Virus record (IMG/VR): IMGVR_UViG_2519899780_000005
Origin: a virus
Taxonomy: Duplodnaviria > Heunggongvirae > Uroviricota > Caudoviricetes
Reading direction: 5' to 3' (one strand)
DNA: 47,693 nucleotides
In this document: positions 39,157-47,693 of the stretch, piece by piece
Layout of the letters: the number at the start of each line of letters is the position of its first letter
Position numbering within the stretch: position 1 is the first letter of the stretch
The notes under the pieces: model-generated
Database searches by the model: none
The model's input: only the letters and a program-made list of their open reading frames with translations
What the model was told of the DNA's origin: nothing
Program-made: the position numbers and the translations under genes

Positions 39157-39582
39157 CTAGTAACGTCTAAAATACCTAACATTTCCTTGATAAAATGCCA
39201 GTACACGCTGCATAGCTTCGCTCTTCCGGCACTCGCGACAGATTATATTCAGGCGCCTGTCGTAGCGGCGTATTTCGCCGTCTGGTAACGACCAGATAAG
39301 GTCCGGATCAACCACTGCAGGTTTCTTCACCTTTGCCCTTGAGAGTTTTTTGCGAGCATTTTGCCAGTCCTTACGCGCCTGTTCAGACGGGAATAACCCG
39401 TAACCAGAGTTGTATACATCGCCACTGGCAACCAGTTCTCTGGCCAGAACGCTCATCAGATATCTTGTTGCCCCAGTTTTAGTTTCCAGTTGTCGTAACG
39501 TCTCGCGCCCACTCTGGCGTACGAGTTCAACAACCTGCCCTTTAATTTTCTCCCGCTCTTCTTGTGTAAAAACTTTTGCCAC
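39157..39582 (-). CDS. Hypothetical protein (141 aa, GTG start)
   Basis: AGGAGG 5 nt upstream of the GTG; basic C-terminus with CxxC. Confidence 0.5.
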   Translation of the reverse strand: MAKVFTQEEREKIKGQVVELVRQSGRETLRQLETKTGATRYLMSVLARELVASGDVYNSGYGLFPSEQARKDWQNARKKLSRAKVKKPAVVDPDLIWSLPDGEIRRYDRRLNIICRECRKSEAMQRVLAFYQGNVRYFRRY

Positions 39583-39622
39583 AAGCCCTCCTGAAAATTA
39601 CCTCATGACCAGAAATTAACAC

Positions 39623-40585
39623 TTACCCCCTGAAGCCCGGCGGAATTTCAGTGTCCGGTTCAGAAATGTGATTCACGCAACGCTGCGCAGGCGAACGCCC
39701 CAGGCGGATAACCAGTTCATCCCATTTTTCCCGGAGTTTTGCCGGACTCATGATGTTTTTTACCCAGAACGAATCCCGCTGGAGACGCCCAAACATTTCA
39801 CAAATTTGTCTGTGAGTTCTGCCATCCAGCATCCGCATTGTGCGAACGTCATTGGCCCATGCTGTCCAGTTGGGTTCTTTCGGTCTAGTGATCTCGCCAT
39901 CATCGCTGGCCGCCTGCTCGTAAAGACTCACGATTCGTCCCCAGATCCACTGTGCGCACACCAAATCTTCCTGACTTCCCCACTGGCGTTTTTTCGCACT
40001 GAACACAACCGCGTCAGGGTGTCGGGTTAAAAAATCCTGTTCAGCCGTCTGCGGGTCCGGTTGCGAAGCGTCCGGACAAGAAGATCTTTTATCTGACGGA
40101 TCAGGTTTTAATACTGACGGATCGGGGTCAATCATCGCCCCCCTAATCGGCAGTTTTTTATCAACAGTTGATCCATCAAAATTTGACGGGTCAACCGTTG
40201 AGGGGTCAATATTTGACGGGTCAACTGTTAACGGGTCATTTTTTGCCGGGCTAATTTTTCTTTTCGGTTTATATGACTCACGCGCCGCCGCCGCAGCTGC
40301 TTCGAGTTTTTCCACATTAAGCCGATAGATATTGCTTACATTACGCCCACCGACCTTACGCTCTTCCTTCGTCAGCCAGCCCTCTTTCGCCAGTTCTGCA
40401 ATAGCCGATTTCACTGTGGATTCACTTCTTGCACCGATCTGACGCCGGATAGTTTCAATGGCAGGCCATGACACGCCCTCGTCATTGCTGTAGTCTGCAA
40501 GACGGGCCATAACCGCCACCCTGGATAAGATCATGCCGGTGAAGGCGCACCCTTCCCAGACAAGACCATGAAGCTTGCTGCTCAT
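39623..40585 (-). CDS. Replication initiation protein (O-like, N-terminal HTH) containing the origin iterons
   Basis: Position after the Cro/YdaT-like genes; DPS-repeat peptide encoded by DNA iterons; GGGGG SD before the ATG. Confidence 0.65.
   Translation of the reverse strand: MSSKLHGLVWEGCAFTGMILSRVAVMARLADYSNDEGVSWPAIETIRRQIGARSESTVKSAIAELAKEGWLTKEERKVGGRNVSNIYRLNVEKLEAAAAAARESYKPKRKISPAKNDPLTVDPSNIDPSTVDPSNFDGSTVDKKLPIRGAMIDPDPSVLKPDPSDKRSSCPDASQPDPQTAEQDFLTRHPDAVVFSAKKRQWGSQEDLVCAQWIWGRIVSLYEQAASDDGEITRPKEPNWTAWANDVRTMRMLDGRTHRQICEMFGRLQRDSFWVKNIMSPAKLREKWDELVIRLGRSPAQRCVNHISEPDTEIPPGFRG
40168..40270. repeat. Origin-like iterons (ttgacgggtcaa-type, 4-5 copies, ~14-bp period) plus adjacent AT-rich tract inside the O-like gene
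   Basis: ttgacgggtcaa twice, ttgaggggtcaa, ttaacgggtcat, then cattttttgccgggctaattttt. Confidence 0.6.
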
Positions 40586-40607
40586 AAAACCCCCGAACAC
40601 CGTGCTT

Positions 40608-41033
40608 TTAGTGCATCACCACAGCATTCCCTGCCGGGCCGCCGCGATTCATCTGGTCATACAAAACAACCGCTGACGCAACAAAATCATCGACATCCTT
40701 CACCAGCCGATCCCTCCGTTCGACGATCTCACGATAATATTCAGAACTGTGGCTGCGCATACGGGCCACCAGCAAAGGCGGCATCGCCTTTTCGATCGCC
40801 GGTAACAGAGCCTGCATTTTTTCAACAGCATCAGGGGTGTCTTTCTCTACCCAGCGGAAAATTTTCTGGGTATTGCGAGCCAGGGCTTCCGGATGGCTGT
40901 CGTCATACAGTTCTGGGAACGTCATACCCAACTCAAAATAAGCCTGGGTTATTCCAGCTGCTGGAACTTTTTCGCCATCAGGACGCGCCCAGGCATTCAT
41001 CGCCATGCGGATGTGTTCATGCTTGATTTTCAT
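40608..41033 (-). CDS. YdaT-like protein
   Basis: 141 aa starting MKIKHEHI…; start overlaps the stop of the upstream Cro-like gene (ATGA). Confidence 0.55.
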   Translation of the reverse strand: MKIKHEHIRMAMNAWARPDGEKVPAAGITQAYFELGMTFPELYDDSHPEALARNTQKIFRWVEKDTPDAVEKMQALLPAIEKAMPPLLVARMRSHSSEYYREIVERRDRLVKDVDDFVASAVVLYDQMNRGGPAGNAVVMH

Positions 41034-41284
41034 GAATCAACTCCCATCAGCTTTTTCGTAGTAGTTTTATTCCTGCCAATAGTTAAAATTGCATCGGCAG
41101 AAAATAATCCGTTTGATGCAAGAGCGATTTTTTCAGCGTAATTTGTTTCGCCGGTATATTCTGTGCGAGGCAATTTTCCGTTATCCATCCATTTATAGAT
41201 TGCTCTTTGGCTGACACCACAAACGTCGGCCACAACAGCAACGCGAACAGTTTTGATTACATCTTCAAGTGTTTTCTGGTTCAT
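41030..41284 (-). CDS. Cro/YdaS-like HTH regulator (84 aa, start MNQKTLED)
   Basis: HTH-like segment …VADVCGVSQRAIYKWMDNGKLP…; divergent from the repressor gene. Confidence 0.65.
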   Translation of the reverse strand: MNQKTLEDVIKTVRVAVVADVCGVSQRAIYKWMDNGKLPRTEYTGETNYAEKIALASNGLFSADAILTIGRNKTTTKKLMGVDS

Positions 41285-41363
41285 ATCACCCTCACAATGT
41301 GAACTTTGAGTACATGCTATAACAGAACTGACAGTACATTCAAGAGCGAATATCATTGAACTT
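41285..41363. promoter_or_regulatory. Divergent promoter/operator region of the immunity switch
   Basis: 80-bp intergenic region with repeated TTGA-GTACAT … GTACAT-TCAA elements. Confidence 0.4.
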
Positions 41364-41783
41364 ATGGTTCATGAAGATAAAGCGCGTAAAGAGTTCGCCA
41401 GTAGGCTTGCGCTAGCCTGTGAAAACGCTGGTTATGAACAACATGGAAGGCAGGCAGAAATTGCCCGTCGAATGAAATTAACACCAAAAGCGGTTAGCAA
41501 ATGGTTTAATGGCGAAACAATTCCTCGCCGGGAGAAATTAAGGGAATTAGCAACACTAATAGGAACAACACCAACCTATCTTTTGGGAGAGGATACAGAA
41601 GAAAGTGGACAGGTACGTTTCTATCAGGAGTTAAATCCAAGACAAAAAATCATCATTGACCTTCTGGACGAGCTCCCTGACAGTGAGACAGATGAACTTT
41701 TAAAAACTCTTGAAGAGAAAAAACAGAAGTACAATGCAATTTACGAAGAGTTAGCACGAAAGAAAAAACAAAAAGCCTCTTAA
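41364..41783 (+). CDS. Prophage repressor (XRE-family HTH), in the DicA position
   Basis: …QAEIARRMKLTPKAVSKWFNGETIPRREKLRELATLIG… HTH; heads the ydfA-dicF-dicB-like operon. Confidence 0.75.
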   Translation: MVHEDKARKEFASRLALACENAGYEQHGRQAEIARRMKLTPKAVSKWFNGETIPRREKLRELATLIGTTPTYLLGEDTEESGQVRFYQELNPRQKIIIDLLDELPDSETDELLKTLEEKKQKYNAIYEELARKKKQKAS

Positions 41784-42079
41784 ACCAGCATAAATCCGGT
41801 AGCGCCTTCCTCCGGGTTTGTGCTTCACTTTATCCCATCTCATTTTTTTACACACAAAATGTACCAAAAGTACTTTACAACAATGAACGCAAAGTACATT
41901 ATATACCTGCCACCACCCCGCCCCACAGAATGCAGGGCAATACTTCGAGTTACCAGGCAGTGGTCAGGGGTTAAGTAGCCAGCCCGAGGCGTAAGAACAT
42001 GACGGCAGGGTTCAACTTTAATAACTATGCAGCAGGTTTTTGTTCCGCTACCCCGGCGTTAAGGGGAAATGAGGTCAGC

Positions 42080-42232
42080 ATGGATACTATCGATCTTGGC
42101 AACAACGAATCTCTGGTATGCGGTGTGTTCCCTAACCAGGACGGCACCTTCACCGCGATGACGTATACCAAAAGTAAAACGTTTAAAACCGCAGCTGGCG
42201 CGCATCGCTGGTTAGCAAGAAACACTGACTGA
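42080..42232 (+). CDS. ydfA: YdfA-like small protein (start MDTIDLG)
   Basis: GAGG SD; recalled similarity to Qin YdfA. Confidence 0.5.
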   Translation: MDTIDLGNNESLVCGVFPNQDGTFTAMTYTKSKTFKTAAGAHRWLARNTD

Positions 42233-42243
42233 TGAGGTTGACG

Positions 42244-42582
42244 ATGGAATTTAAAGATTTACCTCCTTCAATCCAGGAGATTGCAGCACACACACTTCGT
42301 CATCGTCTGAACGAACTTGAATTGGAATCGGTAACAAAAAAAGACACTGATAATATGGCTCGTAATGTGCGCGATGCGTTTACTGGGCTGTTTTCAGATA
42401 CAGCTTTAAATATCCATGGCACAGAGGATACAGCAAAACAATTTGCAGAAAAAGAAGTGGAAGATCCCAGCTCAAAGAGCCAGAAACAGCCAAACAACCA
42501 TGAAATTAACGAACTGCTTCTGGCAACAGGCTTCATAAATATTAACGAATATGAACGCCGTAAAAAAATGTTATCTGATTAA
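42244..42582 (+). CDS. YdfB/YdfC-like protein (112 aa, MEFKDLPP…)
   Basis: Position between ydfA and DicF; GAGG SD. Confidence 0.5.
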   Translation: MEFKDLPPSIQEIAAHTLRHRLNELELESVTKKDTDNMARNVRDAFTGLFSDTALNIHGTEDTAKQFAEKEVEDPSSKSQKQPNNHEINELLLATGFININEYERRKKMLSD

Positions 42583-42765
42583 TCCATCAAGATATCTTTT
42601 TAGCATCAGCGTTTCTACGTTATTAAAACCATCAGATTTTAACATAGCTTCGATTCGCTGATTTAAATTGCCAACTAACTGTTGATACTGAGTAGATGGA
42701 AGCATGTGTACCAGCTCCTTGAGAACACAATAACATGCACCAAGTTTTAACTCCTGCTCTGACAT
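42571..42765 (-). CDS. Hypothetical 64-aa protein convergent with the ydfBC-like gene
   Basis: GGAGG 5 nt upstream of ATG; 3' ends of the two genes overlap by ~12 nt. Confidence 0.45.
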   Translation of the reverse strand: MSEQELKLGACYCVLKELVHMLPSTQYQQLVGNLNQRIEAMLKSDGFNNVETLMLKRYLDGLIR

Positions 42766-43104
42766 TTTATCCTCCATTGAGGTTACTGGTTGAGAATGGA
42801 GACCTCTCGTGACAGCGTGTGGTCGTGCGCCGGACACGGATAAGAATCCGGCACTGACAGTTTACTGAAAGGATATTTCCCTGAAAAGTCAGACCATAAC
42901 GCGAAAGCGCACGGCGAGGTAGCTGGTTCATAGATAGCCTGTCGTTAAATTTTCGTCGACCGTGCGCTTCCGGTTGTGGCAATCCGCGAAATGGCGCGGC
43001 GGTAAGTATGGCGGGGTTATTCCTTCCCCCGTTGAGGACACCGGGTTGTCAGGTTGGCCATACGCTTAAGTGACAACCCCGCTGCAACGCCCTCTGTTAT
43101 CAAT

Positions 43105-43162
43105 TTTCTGGTGACGTTTGGCGGTATCAGTTTTACTCCGTGACTGCTCTGCCGCCCTTTTT
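43105..43162 (+). ncRNA. dicF: DicF small regulatory RNA
   Basis: TTTCTGGTGACGTTTGGCGGTATCAGTTTTACTCCGTGACTGCTCTGCCGCCCTTTTT matches recalled E. coli DicF, ending in a terminator hairpin plus U-run. Confidence 0.8.
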
Positions 43163-43331
43163 AAAGTGAATTTTGTGATGTGGTGAATGCGGCTGAGCGC
43201 ACGCGGAACAGTTAAAACCAAAAACAGTGTTATGGGTGGATTCTCTGTATCCGGCGTTAATTGTTAACTGGTTAACGTCACCTGGAGGCACCAGGCACCG
43301 CATCACAAAATTCATTGTTGAGGACGCGATA

Positions 43332-43520
43332 ATGGAAACGTTATTACCAAACGTTAATACGTCTGAAGGTTGTTTTGAAATTGGTGTCACTATCAGTAAC
43401 CCTGTATTTACTGAAGATGCCATTAACAAGAGAAAACACGAACGGGAGCTATTAAATAAAATATGCATTCTTTCAATGCTGGCCCGTTTACGTCCGATAC
43501 AAAAAGGATGCTGGCAATGA
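43332..43520 (+). CDS. dicB: Cell division inhibitor DicB
   Basis: METLLPNVNTSEGCFEIGVTISNPVFTEDAINKRKHERELLNKICILSMLARLRPIQKGCWQ; recalled near-identity to Qin DicB; GAGG SD. Confidence 0.75.
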   Translation: METLLPNVNTSEGCFEIGVTISNPVFTEDAINKRKHERELLNKICILSMLARLRPIQKGCWQ

Positions 43521-43708
43521 ATACAGCATTTGCACTTGTTCTGACAGTTTTTCTTGTTTCCGGAGAGCCAGTTGATATTGCAGTCAGTGTTCACAGGACA
43601 ATGCAGGAGTGTGTGACTGCAGCAACCGAACAGAAAATTCCCGGTAACTGTTACCCGGTCGATAAAGTTATTCACCAGGATAATAACGAAATCCCGGCAG
43701 GTCTTTAA
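43517..43708 (+). CDS. ydfD: YdfD-like small membrane/lysis protein (63 aa)
   Basis: MNTAFALVLTVFLVSGEPVDIAVSV…; start overlaps the dicB stop. Confidence 0.55.
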   Translation: MNTAFALVLTVFLVSGEPVDIAVSVHRTMQECVTAATEQKIPGNCYPVDKVIHQDNNEIPAGL

Positions 43709-43800
43709 AACAGTTCCGTAATAAATATCCGGATTCATTCTTATATGCCAGCAATGGCAGGGATTTGTTCACCCTTAAATCTGTAATGAGGTAAAACAAA

Positions 43801-46272
43801 ATGAGTAAAGTCTTTATTTGCGCCGCCATTCCGGACGAACAGGCAATAAAGGAAGAAGGTGCCGTCGCTGTAGCCACTGCCATTGAAGCCGGTGATGAAC
43901 GTCGCGCCCGCGCAAAATTTCACTGGCAATTCCTGGAGCATTATCCGGCTGCTCAGGACTGCGCTTATAAATTTCTTGTCTGCGAGGATAAACCCGGTAT
44001 ACCCCGCCCTGCCCTCGATTCCTGGGATGCTGAATATATGCAGGAAAACCGCTGGGATGAGGAGTCTGCTTCCTTTGTCCCGGTTGAGACTGAATCCGAT
44101 CCGATGAACGTCACTTTTGACAAGCTGGCCCCTGAAGTACAGAACGCTGTCATGGTTAAGTTCGACACATGTGAAAACATCACCGTTGATATGGTTATTA
44201 GCGCACAGGAATTGTTGCAGGAAGACATGGCAACATTCGACGGACATATCGTTGAAGCGTTGATGAAAATGCCAGAAGTTAACGCCATGTATCCGGAGCT
44301 TAAGCTGCATGCCATCGGGTGGGTTAAGCATAAATGTAAGCCTGGTGCCAAATGGCCCGAAATTCAGGCAGAGATGCGCATCTGGAAAAAACGTCGCGAA
44401 GGTGAACGCAAGGAAACCGGAAAATACACGTCTGTTGTTGATCTCGCCCGCGCCAGAACCAATCAACAGCACAGTGAAAATTCAACAGGAAAAATCAGCC
44501 CGGTCATTGCTGCCATTCATCGCGAATACAAGCAGACATGGAAAACACTGGATGACGAACTGGCCTACGCTCTCTGGCCTGGTGATGTGGATGCCGGAAA
44601 CATTGACGGCAGCATCCATCGCTGGGCAAAAAATGAAGTTATCGACAACGACCGCGAAGACTGGAAGCGTATCTCGGCATCAATGCGCAAACAGCCTGAT
44701 GCCCTTCGCTACGACCGCCAGACTATTTTTGGCCTTGTCCGTGAACGTCCGATCGACATTCACAAAGACCCTGTGGCACTGAACAAATACATTACTGAAT
44801 ACCTGACTACAAAGGGCGTGTTTGAAGATGAAGGAAGAAATCAGAGCGCAACTGATACTCTCTCGTCGCCAGTACCAGAAACTGATGCAGTGGAAACGGC
44901 AATTCCGGGCAACGAAAAAACCGAATGCAAAGTGGAAGTCGAACCATCTGTAGAGCGTGAGGGGCCGTTCTACTTCCTCTTCACCGACAAGGATGGCGAA
45001 AAATACGGTCGCGCAAACAAACTTTCTGGTCTGGAAAAAGCACTAGCCTTGGGAGCTACGGAAATCACAAAAGAGGAATACTTCGCACGTAAAAACGGCA
45101 CGTACTCAGGTTCACAACAAAATACTGGTGCATCTGACACGACCGCACAACCAGAGCCGGTAAAAGTTACCGCTGACGAAGTAAACAAAATTATGCAGGC
45201 AGCCAATATCAGCCAGCCTGACGCCGATAAGTTGCTTGCTGCCTCTCGCGGAGAATTTGTTGCAGGGATTAGCGACCCGAATGATCCGAAATGGGTAAAG
45301 GGGATTGAAACCCGCGATTCTGTAAACCAGAACCAGCAAGAATCGGAACAGAACGACCAGAAAGCGGAACAAAACAGCCCAAATACGCAACAAAACGAGC
45401 CAGAAACAAAACAACCTGAGCCAGTAGCGCAACAGGAACCGGAAAAAGTCTGCACCGCCTGCGGTCAAAGCGGTGGCGGCAACTGCCCTGATTGTGGCGC
45501 GGTGATGGGTGACGCAACATACCAGGAAACATTCGATGAAGAGAATCAGGTTGAAGTTCAGGAAAATGATCCGAAGGAAATGGAAGGCGCTGAACATCCA
45601 CACAAGGAGAATGCTGGTAGCGCTCAGGATCACGCCAGCGATAGTGAAACTGGCGAGACGGCAGATCCCTTAATTACGATGAACGGTCATCACGTTATCA
45701 CATCCACCAGCAGGACGTGTGACCATCTAATGATCGACCTTGAAACCATGGGAAAAAATCCTGATGCCCCGATTATCTCAATAGGTGCAATATTTTTCGA
45801 TCCGCAAACCGGAGATATGGGACCGGAATTTAGTAAGACTATCGATCTGGAAACTGCTGGCGGAGTCATTGATCGTGACGTCATTAAAAGGTGGCTTAAG
45901 CAATCACGCGAAGCGCAATCTGCCATTATGACCGATGAAATCCCGTTAGATGATGCACTGTTACAATTGCGGGAATTTATCGATGAAAACTCCGGTGAAT
46001 TTTTTGTTCAGGTTTGGGGAAATGGAGCCAACTTCGACAACACGATTTTGCGCCGTTCATACGAACGGCAGGGGATCCCCTGCCCGTGGCGTTACTACAA
46101 CGATCGCGATGTACGCACAATCGTTGAGCTGGGGAAAGCCATAGACTTCGATGCCAGAACGGCTATTCCATTCGAAGGTGAGCGCCATAATGCACTTGAT
46201 GACGCCCGTTACCAGGCAAAATACGTTTCAGTTATCTGGCAAAAACTGATCCCGAGTCAGGCTGATTTTTAA
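43801..46272 (+). CDS. Large exonuclease with C-terminal DnaQ-like DEDDh 3'-5' domain and internal zinc ribbon
   Basis: C-terminus DLETMG…(W)GNGANFD…HNALDDA (DEDDh motifs); CTACGQSGGGNCPDCG zinc ribbon; acidic Q/E-rich linker; N-terminal ~550 aa of unknown fold. Confidence 0.75.
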   Translation: MSKVFICAAIPDEQAIKEEGAVAVATAIEAGDERRARAKFHWQFLEHYPAAQDCAYKFLVCEDKPGIPRPALDSWDAEYMQENRWDEESASFVPVETESDPMNVTFDKLAPEVQNAVMVKFDTCENITVDMVISAQELLQEDMATFDGHIVEALMKMPEVNAMYPELKLHAIGWVKHKCKPGAKWPEIQAEMRIWKKRREGERKETGKYTSVVDLARARTNQQHSENSTGKISPVIAAIHREYKQTWKTLDDELAYALWPGDVDAGNIDGSIHRWAKNEVIDNDREDWKRISASMRKQPDALRYDRQTIFGLVRERPIDIHKDPVALNKYITEYLTTKGVFEDEGRNQSATDTLSSPVPETDAVETAIPGNEKTECKVEVEPSVEREGPFYFLFTDKDGEKYGRANKLSGLEKALALGATEITKEEYFARKNGTYSGSQQNTGASDTTAQPEPVKVTADEVNKIMQAANISQPDADKLLAASRGEFVAGISDPNDPKWVKGIETRDSVNQNQQESEQNDQKAEQNSPNTQQNEPETKQPEPVAQQEPEKVCTACGQSGGGNCPDCGAVMGDATYQETFDEENQVEVQENDPKEMEGAEHPHKENAGSAQDHASDSETGETADPLITMNGHHVITSTSRTCDHLMIDLETMGKNPDAPIISIGAIFFDPQTGDMGPEFSKTIDLETAGGVIDRDVIKRWLKQSREAQSAIMTDEIPLDDALLQLREFIDENSGEFFVQVWGNGANFDNTILRRSYERQGIPCPWRYYNDRDVRTIVELGKAIDFDARTAIPFEGERHNALDDARYQAKYVSVIWQKLIPSQADF

Positions 46273-46336
46273 TGTTCAACCCCGGTCGTTGCCCACCAGC
46301 TATAGTGGCGGCGACCATGATTAGCGAACGACGCCC

Positions 46337-46585
46337 ATGGCAAGACTTATTCTGCTCACTGAGTGGGCAAAAGAGGAATTCAGTGAACCGGTCCCTACTC
46401 CGAGTACGTTAAGTAAATACGCTAAAGCCGGAATGATATTTCCTCTCCCCAAAAAAGTTGGAAGACGCTGGCGAGTGGATCCGCAAGCTCGCTTTGTCGG
46501 AATGGTAAACAAGCCGGAGGTGATCGCCACAGATCACCCTGCTTTGAAGAGGATACTGGAAGATGGCGCGCCCGCGAAAATATAA
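46337..46585 (+). CDS. xis: Excisionase-like protein
   Basis: 82-aa basic protein directly upstream of and overlapping int; recalled similarity to lambdoid Xis. Confidence 0.65.
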   Translation: MARLILLTEWAKEEFSEPVPTPSTLSKYAKAGMIFPLPKKVGRRWRVDPQARFVGMVNKPEVIATDHPALKRILEDGAPAKI

Positions 46586-47693
46586 AACCGATGTTCCGGG
46601 ATTATCTCCGTATTTTGACAAAAGAAATAACAAAGTTTACTGGCGTTACAGGCATCCCATAACAGGCAAAAATCACGGTCTCGGCAGTATTGACCAGAAA
46701 CTGGCAGAAACTATTGCAGCAGAAGCGAACAGCCGTCTTGCCCGGCAGCAAATGGAACAAATGCTCAGTCTGCAGGAGAAAATTATTAGTGATACCGGCG
46801 GTTCATCAACCGTTACCATTTTTCTGAATAATTACAGAAAAATTCAACAGGAAAGATATGAAAACGGCGAGATCAAACTCAACACGCTGAAACAGAAAGC
46901 GGCCCCTCTCAGGGTATTTGATGAACGTTTTGGCACCAGACGGTTAGATGCCATAACCGTAAAAGATGTGGTATCAGTACTGGAAGAGTACAAGGCCAGA
47001 GGACATAACAGAATGGGACAAATTTTCAGGAAAGTACTGATCGATGTTTTCCGGGAAGCTCAGCAAACGGGCGATGTCCCGCCAGGCTTTAACCCTGCAG
47101 AATCGGCAAAAAAACCGCAGGTGCGGATATCAAGACAGCGACTGACTTTTGATGAGTGGATGATGATTTATAACGCAGCGGAAAAGGATGGTTACTTTTT
47201 ACAGCGCGGTATGCTGCTGGCACTGACGACAGGCCAGCGCCTTTCAGATATTTGCAAAATGCAATTTTCGGATATCCGGGATGGTTATCTTCATGTCGAA
47301 CAGCAAAAAACAGGAACCCGGATTGCCATCCCTCTGGCTCTGCGTTGCGATAAATTAAATCTCACCCTGGATGATGTGGTGTCATCCTGCCGCGATTGCG
47401 TTCTTAGTCCGTGGCTATTGCACCACCATCACGCGAAAGGGACAGCTAAGCGCGGCGGGATGGTTAAGCCAGCAACATTAACCGTTGCATTTAAAAAAGC
47501 CCGGGATTCTGTGGATTACAACTGGCGTGCTAATGGCACCCCTCCCTCTTTCCATGAGCAGAGATCTTTATCAGAGCGATTGTTCAGAGAGCAGGGGGTT
47601 GATACCAATATTTTGCTAGGCCATTCGAATCAAAAAATGACCGATATTTACAACGACGCACGCGGTAAGGAATGGAAAAAACTGGTCATTTGA
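46563..47693 (+). CDS. int: Tyrosine integrase
   Basis: 376 aa; N-terminal arm-binding-like region, C-terminal catalytic region (…LLGHSNQKMTDIYNDARG…); complete, stop at the window end. Confidence 0.9.
   Translation: MARPRKYKTDVPGLSPYFDKRNNKVYWRYRHPITGKNHGLGSIDQKLAETIAAEANSRLARQQMEQMLSLQEKIISDTGGSSTVTIFLNNYRKIQQERYENGEIKLNTLKQKAAPLRVFDERFGTRRLDAITVKDVVSVLEEYKARGHNRMGQIFRKVLIDVFREAQQTGDVPPGFNPAESAKKPQVRISRQRLTFDEWMMIYNAAEKDGYFLQRGMLLALTTGQRLSDICKMQFSDIRDGYLHVEQQKTGTRIAIPLALRCDKLNLTLDDVVSSCRDCVLSPWLLHHHHAKGTAKRGGMVKPATLTVAFKKARDSVDYNWRANGTPPSFHEQRSLSERLFREQGVDTNILLGHSNQKMTDIYNDARGKEWKKLVI

Larger units (their letters stand above)
1..47693. mobile_element. Lambdoid prophage (integration/early/late/lysis/cos/head/tail modules); both attachment sites lie outside the window
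   Basis: Contiguous lambda-like gene order Nu1-A-W-B-C-D-E-FI-FII-Z-U-V-G/T-H-M-L-K-I-J-lom-stf-tfa on the minus strand, Q/S/R/Rz lysis module, cos sequence, and int/xis at the right edge. Confidence 0.9.

Noticed and set aside
43133-43738. 201-aa Cys-rich minus-strand ORF covering DicF, dicB and ydfD
   Set aside because: Conflicts with the recognisable DicF sRNA and dicB/ydfD genes on the plus strand; very Cys/Asn-rich with no start context.

Overview
The whole window is one lambdoid prophage of an Escherichia/Shigella-type host, read here mostly on the minus strand. Calls rest on reading the supplied six-frame translations and the DNA by eye; no database search was run, so family names are recalled similarity and coordinates I derived myself may be off by 1-2 nt. 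Right to left the layout is: integrase-excisionase-exonuclease and a Qin-like dicB/DicF operon (plus strand), a divergent repressor/Cro switch, YdaT-like and O-like replication genes with iterons, a nin-like region (QueH-like, hok, DUF968/HNH, RusA), antiterminator Q, a DNA methyltransferase, three tRNAs, nanS-p esterase, the lysis cassette, cos, and a complete lambda-type head and tail module (Nu1 through J, lom, stf, tfa). The backbone looks like a Shiga-toxin-converting phage late region, but no stx genes are present; other cargo sits at that locus. The most interesting unexplained features are a 268-aa gene wedged between holin and endolysin, a terminator plus four tiny membrane-peptide ORFs between endolysin and spanins, several self-contained morons (stx locus, Rz-cos island, lipoprotein between I and J, methyltransferase in duplicated tfa ends), and a convergent small gene inside the dicB operon. 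No CRISPR array, rRNA or IS element was seen.
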